A stretch of 64,000 nt of DNA, taken from positions 18,246-82,245 of the forward strand of contig NZ_JADGHT010000001.1 in assembly GCF_019683755.1 (NCBI RefSeq), given 5' to 3'. The position numbers were made by a program, and so were the translations under genes. The stretch comes from Thermogemmatispora sp. Lineage in GTDB: Bacteria; Chloroflexota; Ktedonobacteria; Ktedonobacterales; Ktedonobacteraceae. The notes under the pieces are model-generated. The model made no database searches. It saw only the letters and a list, made by a program, of their open reading frames with translations, and was not told the origin of the DNA. Shown one piece after another: positions 20,916 to 30,088 of this stretch; positions within the stretch are counted from its first letter, which is position 1, and each line of letters starts with the position of its first letter.

Positions 20916-21883
20916 GTACGCTCCGGCTACGTCCGCGACGTCTAGTAGTGGTAGGTAGTGTCCTCGTCGACCTGCTGCTCTATGTGGAGCGACTTCCGGA
21001 ACGCGGGGGAGATCTGCTGGCCCAGCGTGCCTTACAGGCGGTGGGAGGAGGCTTCAATCTGTTGCTTGGAGCCGTGCGGCTAGGGTTGCCAGCCGCCTAT
21101 GCCGGTCGGGTGGGGGATGGACTGATGGGGAGCCGAGTACGGGCCGAGCTGGAGGCCCTAGGTATTCCGCTCTTGCTGCCGCCGGTGGTGGGCCGCGATA
21201 CGGGCTTTGACATCGGACTGGTGGAGCCGGATGGCGAGCGCACCTTTGTGACGGCGCCGGGAGTGGAGGCAGAGCTGAGCCGCGAAGAGTTAGAGGCCCT
21301 GAAGCTGCAGGAGGGCGATGCAGTCTATATCTCTGGCTATGATCTGTGTTATCCCCTCTCGGGCGATGCTCTGGAGGTCTGGCTGCCGGGCCTAGCGCCA
21401 GGCTGCCTGCTGGTGCTCGATCCTGGACCACTAGTCGCTGAGATTCCGGCTTCCCGGCTGGCAGAGGTGCTGCGCCGTGTGGATGTGCTGAGTTTGAATG
21501 CTCGTGAGCTCCGGCTCCTTAGTGGTGAGGAGGAGCCAGCTCGTGGGGCCGCGCAGTTGCGTACGCGGCTCGCTCCGGGGGGCATAGTGGTGGCACGCGT
21601 GGGAGCCGAGGGCTGTTGGCTGGCAACCGCTGAGGGGGAGCCGCGGCAGATTGCGGCCAGACCGGCGCGGGTCGTAGTGGATACGACAGGGGCGGGCGAT
21701 GCCCATGTGGTTGCCTTGCTGGCAGCTCTAGCCGCAGGGGCGCGTCTTGAGGAGGCGGCCTATGAGGCCAATGTGGCCGCCTCGCTGGCGGTAGAACGAG
21801 CGGGGCCGGCGACGACGCCGACGCGAGAGGAGCTGGTGGAGGCACTGGCTGAGGGGAAAAAAGGAAAGGAAGCATGGGAATAA
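20912..21883 (+). CDS. PfkB family carbohydrate kinase (YegV-like)
   Basis: GSVLVD, GGGFN, DGERT, DTTGAGDAH; ATGA overlap. Confidence 0.92.
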   Translation: MSTLRLRPRRLVVVGSVLVDLLLYVERLPERGGDLLAQRALQAVGGGFNLLLGAVRLGLPAAYAGRVGDGLMGSRVRAELEALGIPLLLPPVVGRDTGFDIGLVEPDGERTFVTAPGVEAELSREELEALKLQEGDAVYISGYDLCYPLSGDALEVWLPGLAPGCLLVLDPGPLVAEIPASRLAEVLRRVDVLSLNARELRLLSGEEEPARGAAQLRTRLAPGGIVVARVGAEGCWLATAEGEPRQIAARPARVVVDTTGAGDAHVVALLAALAAGARLEEAAYEANVAASLAVERAGPATTPTREELVEALAEGKKGKEAWE

Positions 21884-22105
21884 AGTCCCCCCCTTTCCTG
21901 GTTTTCCCTGGGTGGAAACGGTAAGAGGGCAACCGTAGGGGGTGCCACCCAGGGAAGGAGGGGTTGGCGAGTGGGGGAAGAGCCGGAGTACACCCACATG
22001 GCGTGGGGTGGCATGCCTGTGGGGGGCTGACCTCCCTGCGGAGACGTGGAATGAGAGGGTTCACGCCGCTAGTTTCTGATCATTTCAGCAGAGGGGGTGA
22101 GTGCT

Positions 22106-22594
22106 ATGACGATGGTGACTCGCTTTGATCCGCTGCATGAGATGATCAGCCTGCGCGAAGCGATGAACCGGCTGTTTGAGCAGAGCGTGGTACGTCCGCT
22201 GTGGCATCTGAGCGGTGAACCGCGTCCGCAGCTGCCGCTGGACGTCTATGAGAGCGAGCAGGGGTATGTCGTGAGGGCGCTGGTGCCTGGCGTGAGGCCT
22301 GATGATATCGGGCTGGAGGTCCAGGGCCAGAGCCTGCTGATCCGCGTCAGCTATCCGGCGGCGGTTGAGGAAGGGCGGCAGGTTCACTGGCTGCTGCATG
22401 AGATTGGCAGCGGTCCGTGTGAGCGGGTGGTGACCTTTGAGCGTCCGATTGACAGCGAGAAGGTGGAGGCCCGCTGTGAGCATGGCCTGCTGACCATCAT
22501 CGTGCCCGTAGTTGCGGCAAGCCGACCCAGGCGCATTAGCGTCACGGCGGCTGAGGCTGAGCGGCAGCCAGAGCCTCAGCTAGTGACGGCCTGA
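22106..22594 (+). CDS. Hsp20/alpha-crystallin small heat-shock protein
   Basis: RFDP..LREAMNRLFE, PLDVYE, VPGV, VEARCEHGLLTI. Confidence 0.9.
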   Translation: MTMVTRFDPLHEMISLREAMNRLFEQSVVRPLWHLSGEPRPQLPLDVYESEQGYVVRALVPGVRPDDIGLEVQGQSLLIRVSYPAAVEEGRQVHWLLHEIGSGPCERVVTFERPIDSEKVEARCEHGLLTIIVPVVAASRPRRISVTAAEAERQPEPQLVTA

Positions 22595-22830
22595 GTGCGG
22601 CTTCCTGCTCCTTCGCTCGGAGGCTTCGTCGTCACCGACGCCTGGTCGCAGTCTGGACCTGATCGGACCCGCAGGCATCGCGGGGCGAGTGGTTCAGGCA
22701 TGACCACAGCGTCGGTTCCTCCCTGTGCCTCCGGCGGGCGCGCTCTGGTGATTGGGCTGTATTCTCTTCCTGCTCCTGGCTTTCTGTCCGCCCTGTTTCT
22801 CGGCGCCGCGCTCACAAGAGCGGCGCCGGC

Positions 22831-23418
22831 TCACTCCAGGTGCTGGAGCAGCAGCGTGAGCAGCCTCGTCGGGTTCGCTTCGAAGAGAACCGGCGAGGCT
22901 GTTTTTTTGCGCAGACGAGGGTACCAGGTGGGCAGCTCATCAGCCAGGCCGCCGCTGCCGGTGAGAACGCCGATGGGCTTGCCCTCGTAGATGAGGTTGG
23001 TGAACTCATTGAGAGTGCCCCAGCCGCCACTGATGATGAGGCCTGCGTCGCTGTTAACCGTTGAGATCACATTGCGGTACTTGAGGCGAGCTCCCCAGTC
23101 CTGCTCTGGGGTTGCCGGAACCAGTCCGAAGAGGTCGTAGTAACCGGGGGGTACATAGATGAGGCGGCGATAGATGCCGACATCGTCTTGCGGGTAGGCG
23201 CGGCGATGCTCATCAAGGTTCAGGGCCGGGGTAAAGCCCCAGACCTCGGCGCCATGCTCAAAGGCCGCTCTGGCCACGGCATAGGGTATGCCGCTGCAGG
23301 CGCCGGTAATGACGATGCAGCCGCGCTCGGCAAGAGCCTGACCCAGCTCGCGGGCCAGACCAAGGGCGTGTTCGCTCTCGACAATGTTCGAGCCATAGAC
23401 GCCAATTTTGAAGGGCAT
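22831..23418 (-). CDS. SLOG/LOG-like Rossmann-fold nucleotide-binding protein
   Basis: KIGVYGS, TGACSGIP, RNVIS, GGWGTLNE. Confidence 0.8.
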   Translation of the reverse strand: MPFKIGVYGSNIVESEHALGLARELGQALAERGCIVITGACSGIPYAVARAAFEHGAEVWGFTPALNLDEHRRAYPQDDVGIYRRLIYVPPGYYDLFGLVPATPEQDWGARLKYRNVISTVNSDAGLIISGGWGTLNEFTNLIYEGKPIGVLTGSGGLADELPTWYPRLRKKTASPVLFEANPTRLLTLLLQHLE

Positions 23419-23514
23419 CCTCTTCTCCTCCTTTGCTTCTTGACTATGCTGGTGCTGGACTGCCTGGTCAGATAAGCGGCCTACTGGACTTTGCTTCCCC
23501 TGACCACGGCTATG

Positions 23515-24696
23515 TTAGCTCTCCCACTCCGCTGGAGAAAGGAGGCCCTCGTTGGCAATTTCGGAGGCAACGTAGTAGCGCAGGACCATCGCCGGCGAGT
23601 TCCATCCCCCGGCTTGCTGGAGCTGGGCCAGGTTGCGCTGCCGGCGAGCGTGATAAGTTGCCCAGTAATGGCGACAGTCATGGGGAGAGAGGTGATCAAT
23701 GCCAAGCTGGTCGCCGAGGTCCTTGAGCAGATACTCGACCAGACGCGGGCTAATGTGGCGGCCTTTGTACCCTGGGAACAGATAGCGTTCGCCGGCGACG
23801 TCGGGAAGGTAGGCATGCAGGGCCTGGAGACAGTCGGCAGACAGGCGATGGGTCTGCTCTTTGTCGACCTTTTCACGGTAGAAGCGCAACAGGCCGCGGC
23901 TAAGCTGGACGTCCTTGACCTGGAGGGCCACCAGCTCGCCGACGCGCAGCCCCAGGTCGAGAAGCAGGCAAAGGATGACGCGGGCGCGCCGCCCCTGGGG
24001 AGTGCTGGTGTCGTGGCAATGCTTGAGCCAGGCGACTTGCTCCTCCGTGAGCATATTCGGCTCCGCCTTTTTGGGGCCGCGCCGGCTGATGGGACGCTGG
24101 CGATCGATCTGGCGGCCTTCCTTGTGACGATAGCCCTGGACGCGGCTGATGCGATAGAGTTCTTCCTGGCTCAGGACGCCAGCATCGGCGGCCAGACGAC
24201 AGTAGCGTTTGAGCGTGGAGAGGCGCACGTTCATTGTGTCGATGGCGTAGCCCCGGCGCTCCATCCAGCTCAGAAACAGCTGGATCAGGCCGGCGCTGAC
24301 AAAGCGCCAGGTCGAGGCTTCCAGAAAGAGCGCCTGGGTAAGGGTAGCGACGTCTGTCTGCAGGCTGACACCAGTGGCGCGTGCCCCGGCCTCGAGGCAG
24401 AAGGTTGCGAAGGCTTTGAGATCCCAAAGCTGCCGAATACGCGTGTTATGGGCCTGGCGCCGATGGTAACGGGCAAAGACTTCGTGCTGGGCGTAGAGAT
24501 CTGCTATGTCGGCAATGCGCCTCAGGAGGTCCAGGTCCTCTCCCGCTAGGGCGCCCAGGCCCTCGCTCCTCTCCGCAGCAGCAGGCGTTTCTTCCGCTCG
24601 CTCGCGTACAACTCCTGTCAGGATGGGCTGCACCGGTAGGAGGAGCGCGGCGGTGCGTCGATCTGCGTGGCGGGAGTGCGGTCTCTTCGTGCTCAT
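23515..24696 (-). CDS. Tyrosine recombinase/integrase, Cre-like catalytic signature
   Basis: GLRVGEL (R), HDCRH (HxxR), QAGGWNS (W), LRYY (Y); helical core-binding domain (TMNVRLSTLKRY). Confidence 0.92.
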   Translation of the reverse strand: MSTKRPHSRHADRRTAALLLPVQPILTGVVRERAEETPAAAERSEGLGALAGEDLDLLRRIADIADLYAQHEVFARYHRRQAHNTRIRQLWDLKAFATFCLEAGARATGVSLQTDVATLTQALFLEASTWRFVSAGLIQLFLSWMERRGYAIDTMNVRLSTLKRYCRLAADAGVLSQEELYRISRVQGYRHKEGRQIDRQRPISRRGPKKAEPNMLTEEQVAWLKHCHDTSTPQGRRARVILCLLLDLGLRVGELVALQVKDVQLSRGLLRFYREKVDKEQTHRLSADCLQALHAYLPDVAGERYLFPGYKGRHISPRLVEYLLKDLGDQLGIDHLSPHDCRHYWATYHARRQRNLAQLQQAGGWNSPAMVLRYYVASEIANEGLLSPAEWES

Positions 24697-24740
24697 ATTA
24701 TAGCTCTATTCTTCTAAAATATATCTTTGCCTTTCTATGA

Positions 24741-24770
24741 AGTATAGATGTTCAGGAGTAGGTTTGTCAA
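24741..24770 (-). promoter_or_regulatory. Promoter of recombinase gene TTGACA-N18-TATACT
   Basis: Near-consensus hexamers on the minus strand, 45 nt upstream of the ATG. Confidence 0.6.
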
Positions 24771-24914
24771 GAGGGCAGGGCGCGGAGTCTTGCTGGGGAA
24801 GCGGCTAGGCCACAGGGGGGACGATGAGCTGTTACAGAGGATGTGGCGGTATTGATATGCGATCTTGAGGAAGGCAGGGCAGTGCTCTGCCTATGGTACA
24901 AGGGAGGCACAAGT

Positions 24915-25571
24915 ATGAGTGATACATTGAACGGTACCTTTGAGCTGCAGACGGAGAGAGAAGAGATGTTTTGGTGGCCGTTGCTCTTTGAGGCGTTAAG
25001 CTGGCACGGCTTTCATTTTACCGCGCCGGGAAAGCCCGCTGGGATGGGCTACTACTTCTACCGGTCCTACCTGCAGGAGGAGGATAGCGACTTTGTATGT
25101 GCCTCTTTCCGCGAGCTGTGGGAGAGGATCGTAGGTCGTCAGGCCCAGATCATGGTGTCGCTGTGGTCCTCAACCGCTGATCCCTTTCCCCTGGATCTCC
25201 TGATCGCGTTGAGGGAGAACGCCTCTGGACTCAGCGTCTCGCTGGGATGTGATGATGCGTACCTGAGTCCAGATGATATCGACCCCGGAACGGTCAAGGA
25301 ACGGCTCCGGCTGCTTTGGACATGCTGCAAGACGCTCTTTGTGGTCTGTCAGCCCTGTCGTGGAGAGATGAGCTGGGGGGAAGCAGCCCCAGGCACACCG
25401 GTGCTGGCGAGCTTTGGGCAACCGCTCGAGGTATCCGAAGAGGCGCGGCAGAGGCAGCGACTGCAGGTGCAGGAGCAGGTGTTGCCAGGGGGCAAGCGGA
25501 TCTTTGTGGCGCAGCCCTGGTACGTGAGGGGACGGCACGGGGAGCTGGCTTACTGGCCTCTGGAGGACTAA
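24915..25571 (+). CDS. Hypothetical protein
   Basis: GGAGG RBS before ATG 24915; globular-looking, aromatic-rich sequence; no motif recognised. Confidence 0.65.
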   Translation: MSDTLNGTFELQTEREEMFWWPLLFEALSWHGFHFTAPGKPAGMGYYFYRSYLQEEDSDFVCASFRELWERIVGRQAQIMVSLWSSTADPFPLDLLIALRENASGLSVSLGCDDAYLSPDDIDPGTVKERLRLLWTCCKTLFVVCQPCRGEMSWGEAAPGTPVLASFGQPLEVSEEARQRQRLQVQEQVLPGGKRIFVAQPWYVRGRHGELAYWPLED

Positions 25572-26055
25572 GCACTTTGAGGGCTACCGATGGCTGCTGA
25601 TCATTAGGAGCTTGCTGGATTCCCTGGCGGTTCTGGAGCTGGTGAAGCGAGGGACAGAACGACAAGGGGGCAAGGCCGTCGCCACAGTTGATCTTCTCTG
25701 CGTAAGATCTGACGAGGGCTGCCCATGACCGGCGTCCTGCACGTAGCAGAGTGTCTTATAGTCTAGCTAGCCCGCCGATCATGAGAGGTAGAGAGGCAGG
25801 CTCTGCCGCGCCTCGTGCCACCGCACGTGCAAGCAGCCCCTGCTGAGGGAAGAGGCTCAAGTGCACAGCGAGGAGTGCGCAGCGAGTGATCAAGGCGTGC
25901 ATCAGCAAGCCAGACCATCCAAGAGACCCCCAGTTGTAGGGCGTGTGGAGAGCAAGCGGCCACTCTGTCTACAGAAGCCCTTCGGCTTGATCTAGGGAAG
26001 TTTGCGGCGGCCCGACCTGAAGTTGCCGCTCAGCTAGCAAGCAGAGTCGCGGCCA

Positions 26056-26088
26056 AAATTTCGTATTTTCCCGACTAATACGAAATTT
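26056..26088. repeat. Perfect 12-bp inverted repeat AAATTTCGTATT-N9-AATACGAAATTT (loxP-like core)
   Basis: Read directly; AT-rich arms in a GC-rich context, asymmetric spacer TTCCCGACT. Confidence 0.8.
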
Positions 26089-26305
26089 GTCACCGCCCAG
26101 CGTTGCGGTCCGTCCACTGCAGAATCGGCCAAGGATTAACGACAATTTGCCTCTCCTCCCACGCCTGGGGGAGGCTATACTCCTCTCAGGATCTGCTCCT
26201 GATCCTCTGTGATGTGACGCCTGCGCACGCGCGCTCGCTGCGTGGCGTGTTCCTACTGCTCCCTTGGGCAGCAAAACGGCTAGTAAAGACCTTTAGAGGT
26301 GTAAC

Positions 26306-27289
26306 ATGGAGTATGCAAAACTAGGAAGGACCGGGCTAGAAGTTTCACGCATCTGTCTCGGCTGCATGAGCTTCGGTGACCCCAACCGCTGGATTCACGC
26401 CTGGGTCCTCGACGAAGAACAGAGCCGGCAGATTATCCGAAAAGCCCTTGACCTGGGGATCAACTTTTTCGATACAGCCAATGTCTACTCGCTTGGCATG
26501 AGTGAGGAGATCCTTGGGCGCGCACTCAAGGACTTTGTCAAGCGGGACGAGGTTGTCATCGCCACGAAAGTCTTCTTTCGCATGCGTGAGGGGCCTAATG
26601 GCGCTGGCCTGTCGCGGAAAGCCATTCTCAGTGAAGTCGACCACAGCCTCCGGCGCCTTGGAACCGACTACATCGACCTCTACCAGATCCACCGCTGGGA
26701 CTACCAGACACCGATTGAGGAGACGATGGAAGCGCTCAATGATCTTGTTCGGGCCGGCAAGGTGCGCTACATCGGCGCCTCGGCCATGTACGCCTGGCAG
26801 TTCCAGAAAGCGCTCTTCGTGGCCGAGCGGCACGGTTGGAGCCGCTTCATCTCCATGCAGAACCACCTCAACCTGATCTACCGCGAAGAAGAGCGTGAGA
26901 TGCTCCCCCTCTGTCGCGCCGAAGGCATCGGCGTCATTCCCTACAGCCCCCTGGCATCTGGCAGACTGGCCCGTGATCCCTCGCAGCCCACCACCAAGCG
27001 CGCCGAAACGGACCAGATGGCGCGCATCAAATATGACGCCAGCGCCAGCGCTGACCAGCAGATCATCGATCGCGTTGGAGAGCTGGCCAGCCGCTACGGA
27101 GTTCCACGCGCGCAGATCGCCCTGGCCTGGCTCTTACAAAAAGATCCGGTGACCGCCCCCATCGTTGGCGCTACCCGAGTCAGTCAACTCGAAGAGGCCG
27201 TCGGCGCACTCAACGTTCGCCTGAGTTCCGAGGACATCGCCTACCTGGAAGAACCATACGTCCCTCATCGCGTTGTCGGCCCCGAGTGA
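26306..27289 (+). CDS. Aldo/keto reductase (YajO-like)
   Basis: LGCMSFG, FDTANVYS, IATK, IDLYQIHRWD, GKVRYIGAS, PYSPLASG. Confidence 0.95.
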   Translation: MEYAKLGRTGLEVSRICLGCMSFGDPNRWIHAWVLDEEQSRQIIRKALDLGINFFDTANVYSLGMSEEILGRALKDFVKRDEVVIATKVFFRMREGPNGAGLSRKAILSEVDHSLRRLGTDYIDLYQIHRWDYQTPIEETMEALNDLVRAGKVRYIGASAMYAWQFQKALFVAERHGWSRFISMQNHLNLIYREEEREMLPLCRAEGIGVIPYSPLASGRLARDPSQPTTKRAETDQMARIKYDASASADQQIIDRVGELASRYGVPRAQIALAWLLQKDPVTAPIVGATRVSQLEEAVGALNVRLSSEDIAYLEEPYVPHRVVGPE

Positions 27290-27370
27290 GCCGTCCTGCT
27301 CGGCTCCCCAGCCTAGAGCTGTAGCCGTAGTGGCAGAGGGCAAAGCAGCGCTGCAGAGGAGGCTGTCCAC

Positions 27371-28507
27371 TCAACCAGAAGCAGCTTCCTCCCACAGCTC
27401 ACTGAGCCAGCGCCTGGCTCGCCGCAGCCAGCCAGGCCAGGCGCTGGCCCAGGCCAGGCGCTCGAGCATCTCCTCTGTCTGCTCCTGGGATTGCTCCAGC
27501 GCTGTTTCCTCCCCAAAGACAAAGTCCTCCAGCGGGCCATTGATCGTCAAGATGGGCACCATTAACATCAACGCCTCAGCCAGACAAACCGCCTCCTGCC
27601 CCTCGGGAGGAAGCAGCGAGCCATAGCCCCGTAAGAATGCCCGCGCGCGCTCAGGCTCCAGACCCCGGGCCACCAGTGGGCGCGTCTGGCCCGTCGCCGG
27701 CTGCCAATCCAAAGCACTAAAAGCAAAGAGTGCCGCCGCTACCTCCAGAATGCGCTTCTCCCAGCGCGAAGCATAAAAGTCTGAGACTGAGCAGACCCCC
27801 TCAGCGCTAAAGCGCATATGCAGCGCCTGGTAATCCCCATGAATATGGAGCTCGAGCAGCCCCTGAGCAGCTCCTAGCGTCATCATTGCCGCAGGCAGTA
27901 CCGCCTCCCACTGCTCAACCCACGTCTGCAGCGCGGCAGAGAGGGCACCCACCTCACAGCGCTCAGCCCGCTCCCGCGCCAGATTCAGCCAGCCCTGCAC
28001 CAGCCCTCCTGCCTGCAACTCCGAAGGCCAGCGATGCTGCGGACCCGGAAAGCGCAGCGAAGCCTCATGCAACTGCGCCAGCGTCCGCCCCGCGGCCTCA
28101 ACCCAGCGCAGTCCTTGCGGCCCCGCGCTAGCGAAGTCCTCCCCACCTAACCACTGCTGCAGCTCAAAGTGCTCCTCTCCTAGAGTTAGGCAGTACGACC
28201 CCGTTGGCGTCTGGCGCAGCGCAGGTACGGGCAAACCGGCCAGACGTAAAAAGCGCTGGAAGCGATAGCAGTGCTCACTGTCCTCACCCGCCGGTCCCTC
28301 CGGACGAGGCCGCAGTAGATAAGGCTCCCCCTCAATCTCCAGCAACACCCCTAGTGGCTCAGAGCTATAGGGAGACAGCAACGGACCAAGCGGCTGCCAA
28401 GACGGCACACCGAAGCCCTCCATGATCGCTTCCAGGTCAAAGGAGCTGGCCCCGGGCCACTCCCCACGCCTACCTCCGCCAGAATCAGCAGAGAAAAAAC
28501 CCTCCAT
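27371..28507 (-). CDS. APH/homoserine-kinase-type phosphotransferase-fold protein
   Basis: GLPVP, AGRTLAQLH, IHGDY, VSDF. Confidence 0.75.
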   Translation of the reverse strand: MEGFFSADSGGGRRGEWPGASSFDLEAIMEGFGVPSWQPLGPLLSPYSSEPLGVLLEIEGEPYLLRPRPEGPAGEDSEHCYRFQRFLRLAGLPVPALRQTPTGSYCLTLGEEHFELQQWLGGEDFASAGPQGLRWVEAAGRTLAQLHEASLRFPGPQHRWPSELQAGGLVQGWLNLARERAERCEVGALSAALQTWVEQWEAVLPAAMMTLGAAQGLLELHIHGDYQALHMRFSAEGVCSVSDFYASRWEKRILEVAAALFAFSALDWQPATGQTRPLVARGLEPERARAFLRGYGSLLPPEGQEAVCLAEALMLMVPILTINGPLEDFVFGEETALEQSQEQTEEMLERLAWASAWPGWLRRARRWLSELWEEAASG

Positions 28508-28544
28508 GAGCACGCCTCACAATCCAGCAACCAGACCCAGGCCC

Positions 28545-29429
28545 CTAGACTTCTGTGGGGAGATCAGGGCGCACACCCCACTCATTCCAGGAGCCATCAT
28601 AGTTCGTCAGATGAGGATAGCCCAGCAGCGCCAGGCTAAAGAGAACAACCGTCGCCGCCACTCCGCCGTTACAGTAGGCAATCACCCGCTCCTCTGGCCG
28701 CACCCCAACACGCGCAAACACCTCTGCCAGCTCCTCATTGCTGCGGAACTGCCCTGTGTGAGGATCAACCAGCTCTTCGCGCGGAATATTGATAGCCCCA
28801 GGAATATGCCCCCGACGGCCCGGACGGCGCACCACCTGCCCGCTGTACTGTCCTACATCGCGGGCATCAATGACACGCACTCCCTCGCGCCCCAACACGG
28901 CCAGCACCTCTTCCGCCGTCGCCCGCAGCTCGGGCTGCACCCGCGGCGTGAAGAGCGCCGGTGGAAACCGCGGTATCTCCATCGTCACCGGGCGTCCCTC
29001 GCGTAGCCAGCGCGGAAACCCCCCATTCAGTACCCGTACTTCGCGGTGGCCATAATAGGTTAGCGCCCACCACAGCCGCGTGGCAAACTGCGAGGCAGGA
29101 TGAGCATCATATGCCACAACGATATGCTCATCTCCTATTCCCAGCCGCCCCAGGACCTCAGCGAAGCGCTCCGGCGGCGCCACCTGAGCCTTTACCTCGC
29201 TGTCAGGATCAACAATGTCACTGGTCCAATCCAGATAGATTGCCCCCGGGATATGCCCCTGCTCATATTCCGTCCGTGCACCCTCATAGACGGCCTCCTG
29301 CTCACCCGCACCGCACTCCACTGTCCGCACGTAGCCACGCATATCGACGATGCGCAGCCGGGGATCATGCAGGTGCTCCTCCAGCCAGGCCGGCTCGACC
29401 AAGAGGCGATCACGCTCTCCACTCGCCAT
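28545..29429 (-). CDS. Tandem rhodanese sulfurtransferase (SseA-like)
   Basis: GHIPGA twice, LNGG, YCNGGVAA, YDGSWNEW. Confidence 0.93.
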   Translation of the reverse strand: MASGERDRLLVEPAWLEEHLHDPRLRIVDMRGYVRTVECGAGEQEAVYEGARTEYEQGHIPGAIYLDWTSDIVDPDSEVKAQVAPPERFAEVLGRLGIGDEHIVVAYDAHPASQFATRLWWALTYYGHREVRVLNGGFPRWLREGRPVTMEIPRFPPALFTPRVQPELRATAEEVLAVLGREGVRVIDARDVGQYSGQVVRRPGRRGHIPGAINIPREELVDPHTGQFRSNEELAEVFARVGVRPEERVIAYCNGGVAATVVLFSLALLGYPHLTNYDGSWNEWGVRPDLPTEV

Positions 29430-29455
29430 CGTTACCAGCGGCCTCCTTTCTCTTC

Positions 29456-29998
29456 TCACCAGGAAAACAGACGCTCTGCTTCCGGGTTCTCCGTGCTCAC
29501 AAAGTGGCCCGGCGTTCCCAGTAACTCGAAGCGCTTCACCCCTGTGATACGCATTGACTGTGAGGGAGTCTGTGTCGTAAGATAGCGTTGGACCGTCAGC
29601 CCTAGAGGGCGCGCTAACACGAGGGCCGCCGTCGTAGCCAGTACCACATTGTTGAACGTATTAAACGGGCGCCGCATGCGCGCTACCGTCATTGCTGACA
29701 GGCCACTCAGCAAGCCGGCTACCGCTAGATTCGTTCCGCAGCGCTCATGGACCGCCAGCTCTGGCTGCGTGGTACGAAGCAGGTGCAGTGCCTCCTCTGC
29801 CGCCGGCAGCACTTCCTCCGTGGGCACATCCCCAAAAACGACAAAGCCCACGGCCGATGAAATTCCCGAGAAACGCACCTCCGGGAACTTGCGACTGAGC
29901 AGCACGATGGTGGCATGCTCCAGCGCGTGATTTTGACGCACCGCACTGCCCAACAGTAGCTGTTGCAAAGCCGCATTCAATGGATTGAACGAAGCCAT
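29456..29998 (-). CDS. Conserved hypothetical membrane-associated protein (DUF6391-like)
   Basis: RQNHALEHATI and LAVHERCGTN motifs, two short hydrophobic segments. Confidence 0.7.
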   Translation of the reverse strand: MASFNPLNAALQQLLLGSAVRQNHALEHATIVLLSRKFPEVRFSGISSAVGFVVFGDVPTEEVLPAAEEALHLLRTTQPELAVHERCGTNLAVAGLLSGLSAMTVARMRRPFNTFNNVVLATTAALVLARPLGLTVQRYLTTQTPSQSMRITGVKRFELLGTPGHFVSTENPEAERLFSW

Positions 29999-30088
29999 CG
30001 CTCGTCACCCTTTCCCAGCAAGGATCACCTGAGTAGCTCAGCTCCATCCCAGCTAGCCCTTGCCGTGCCGAACAAAAACAATACCCTG

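Noticed and set aside
22084-22108. CIRCE-like half site GAGTGCTA before hsp20 (and TAGCACTC at 17591)
   Set aside because: No matching second arm at 9-bp spacing.
23491-24549. 352-aa ORF antisense to the recombinase
   Set aside because: Shadow frame of a GC-rich gene; no motifs or RBS.
26056-26088. Inverted repeat as chromosomal dif site
   Set aside because: Does not match the 11-6-11 XerC/XerD consensus (no TTATGTTAAA arm).
21884-27289. Prophage or integron around the recombinase
   Set aside because: No phage genes, tRNA target, flanking direct repeats or attC-like array recognised.
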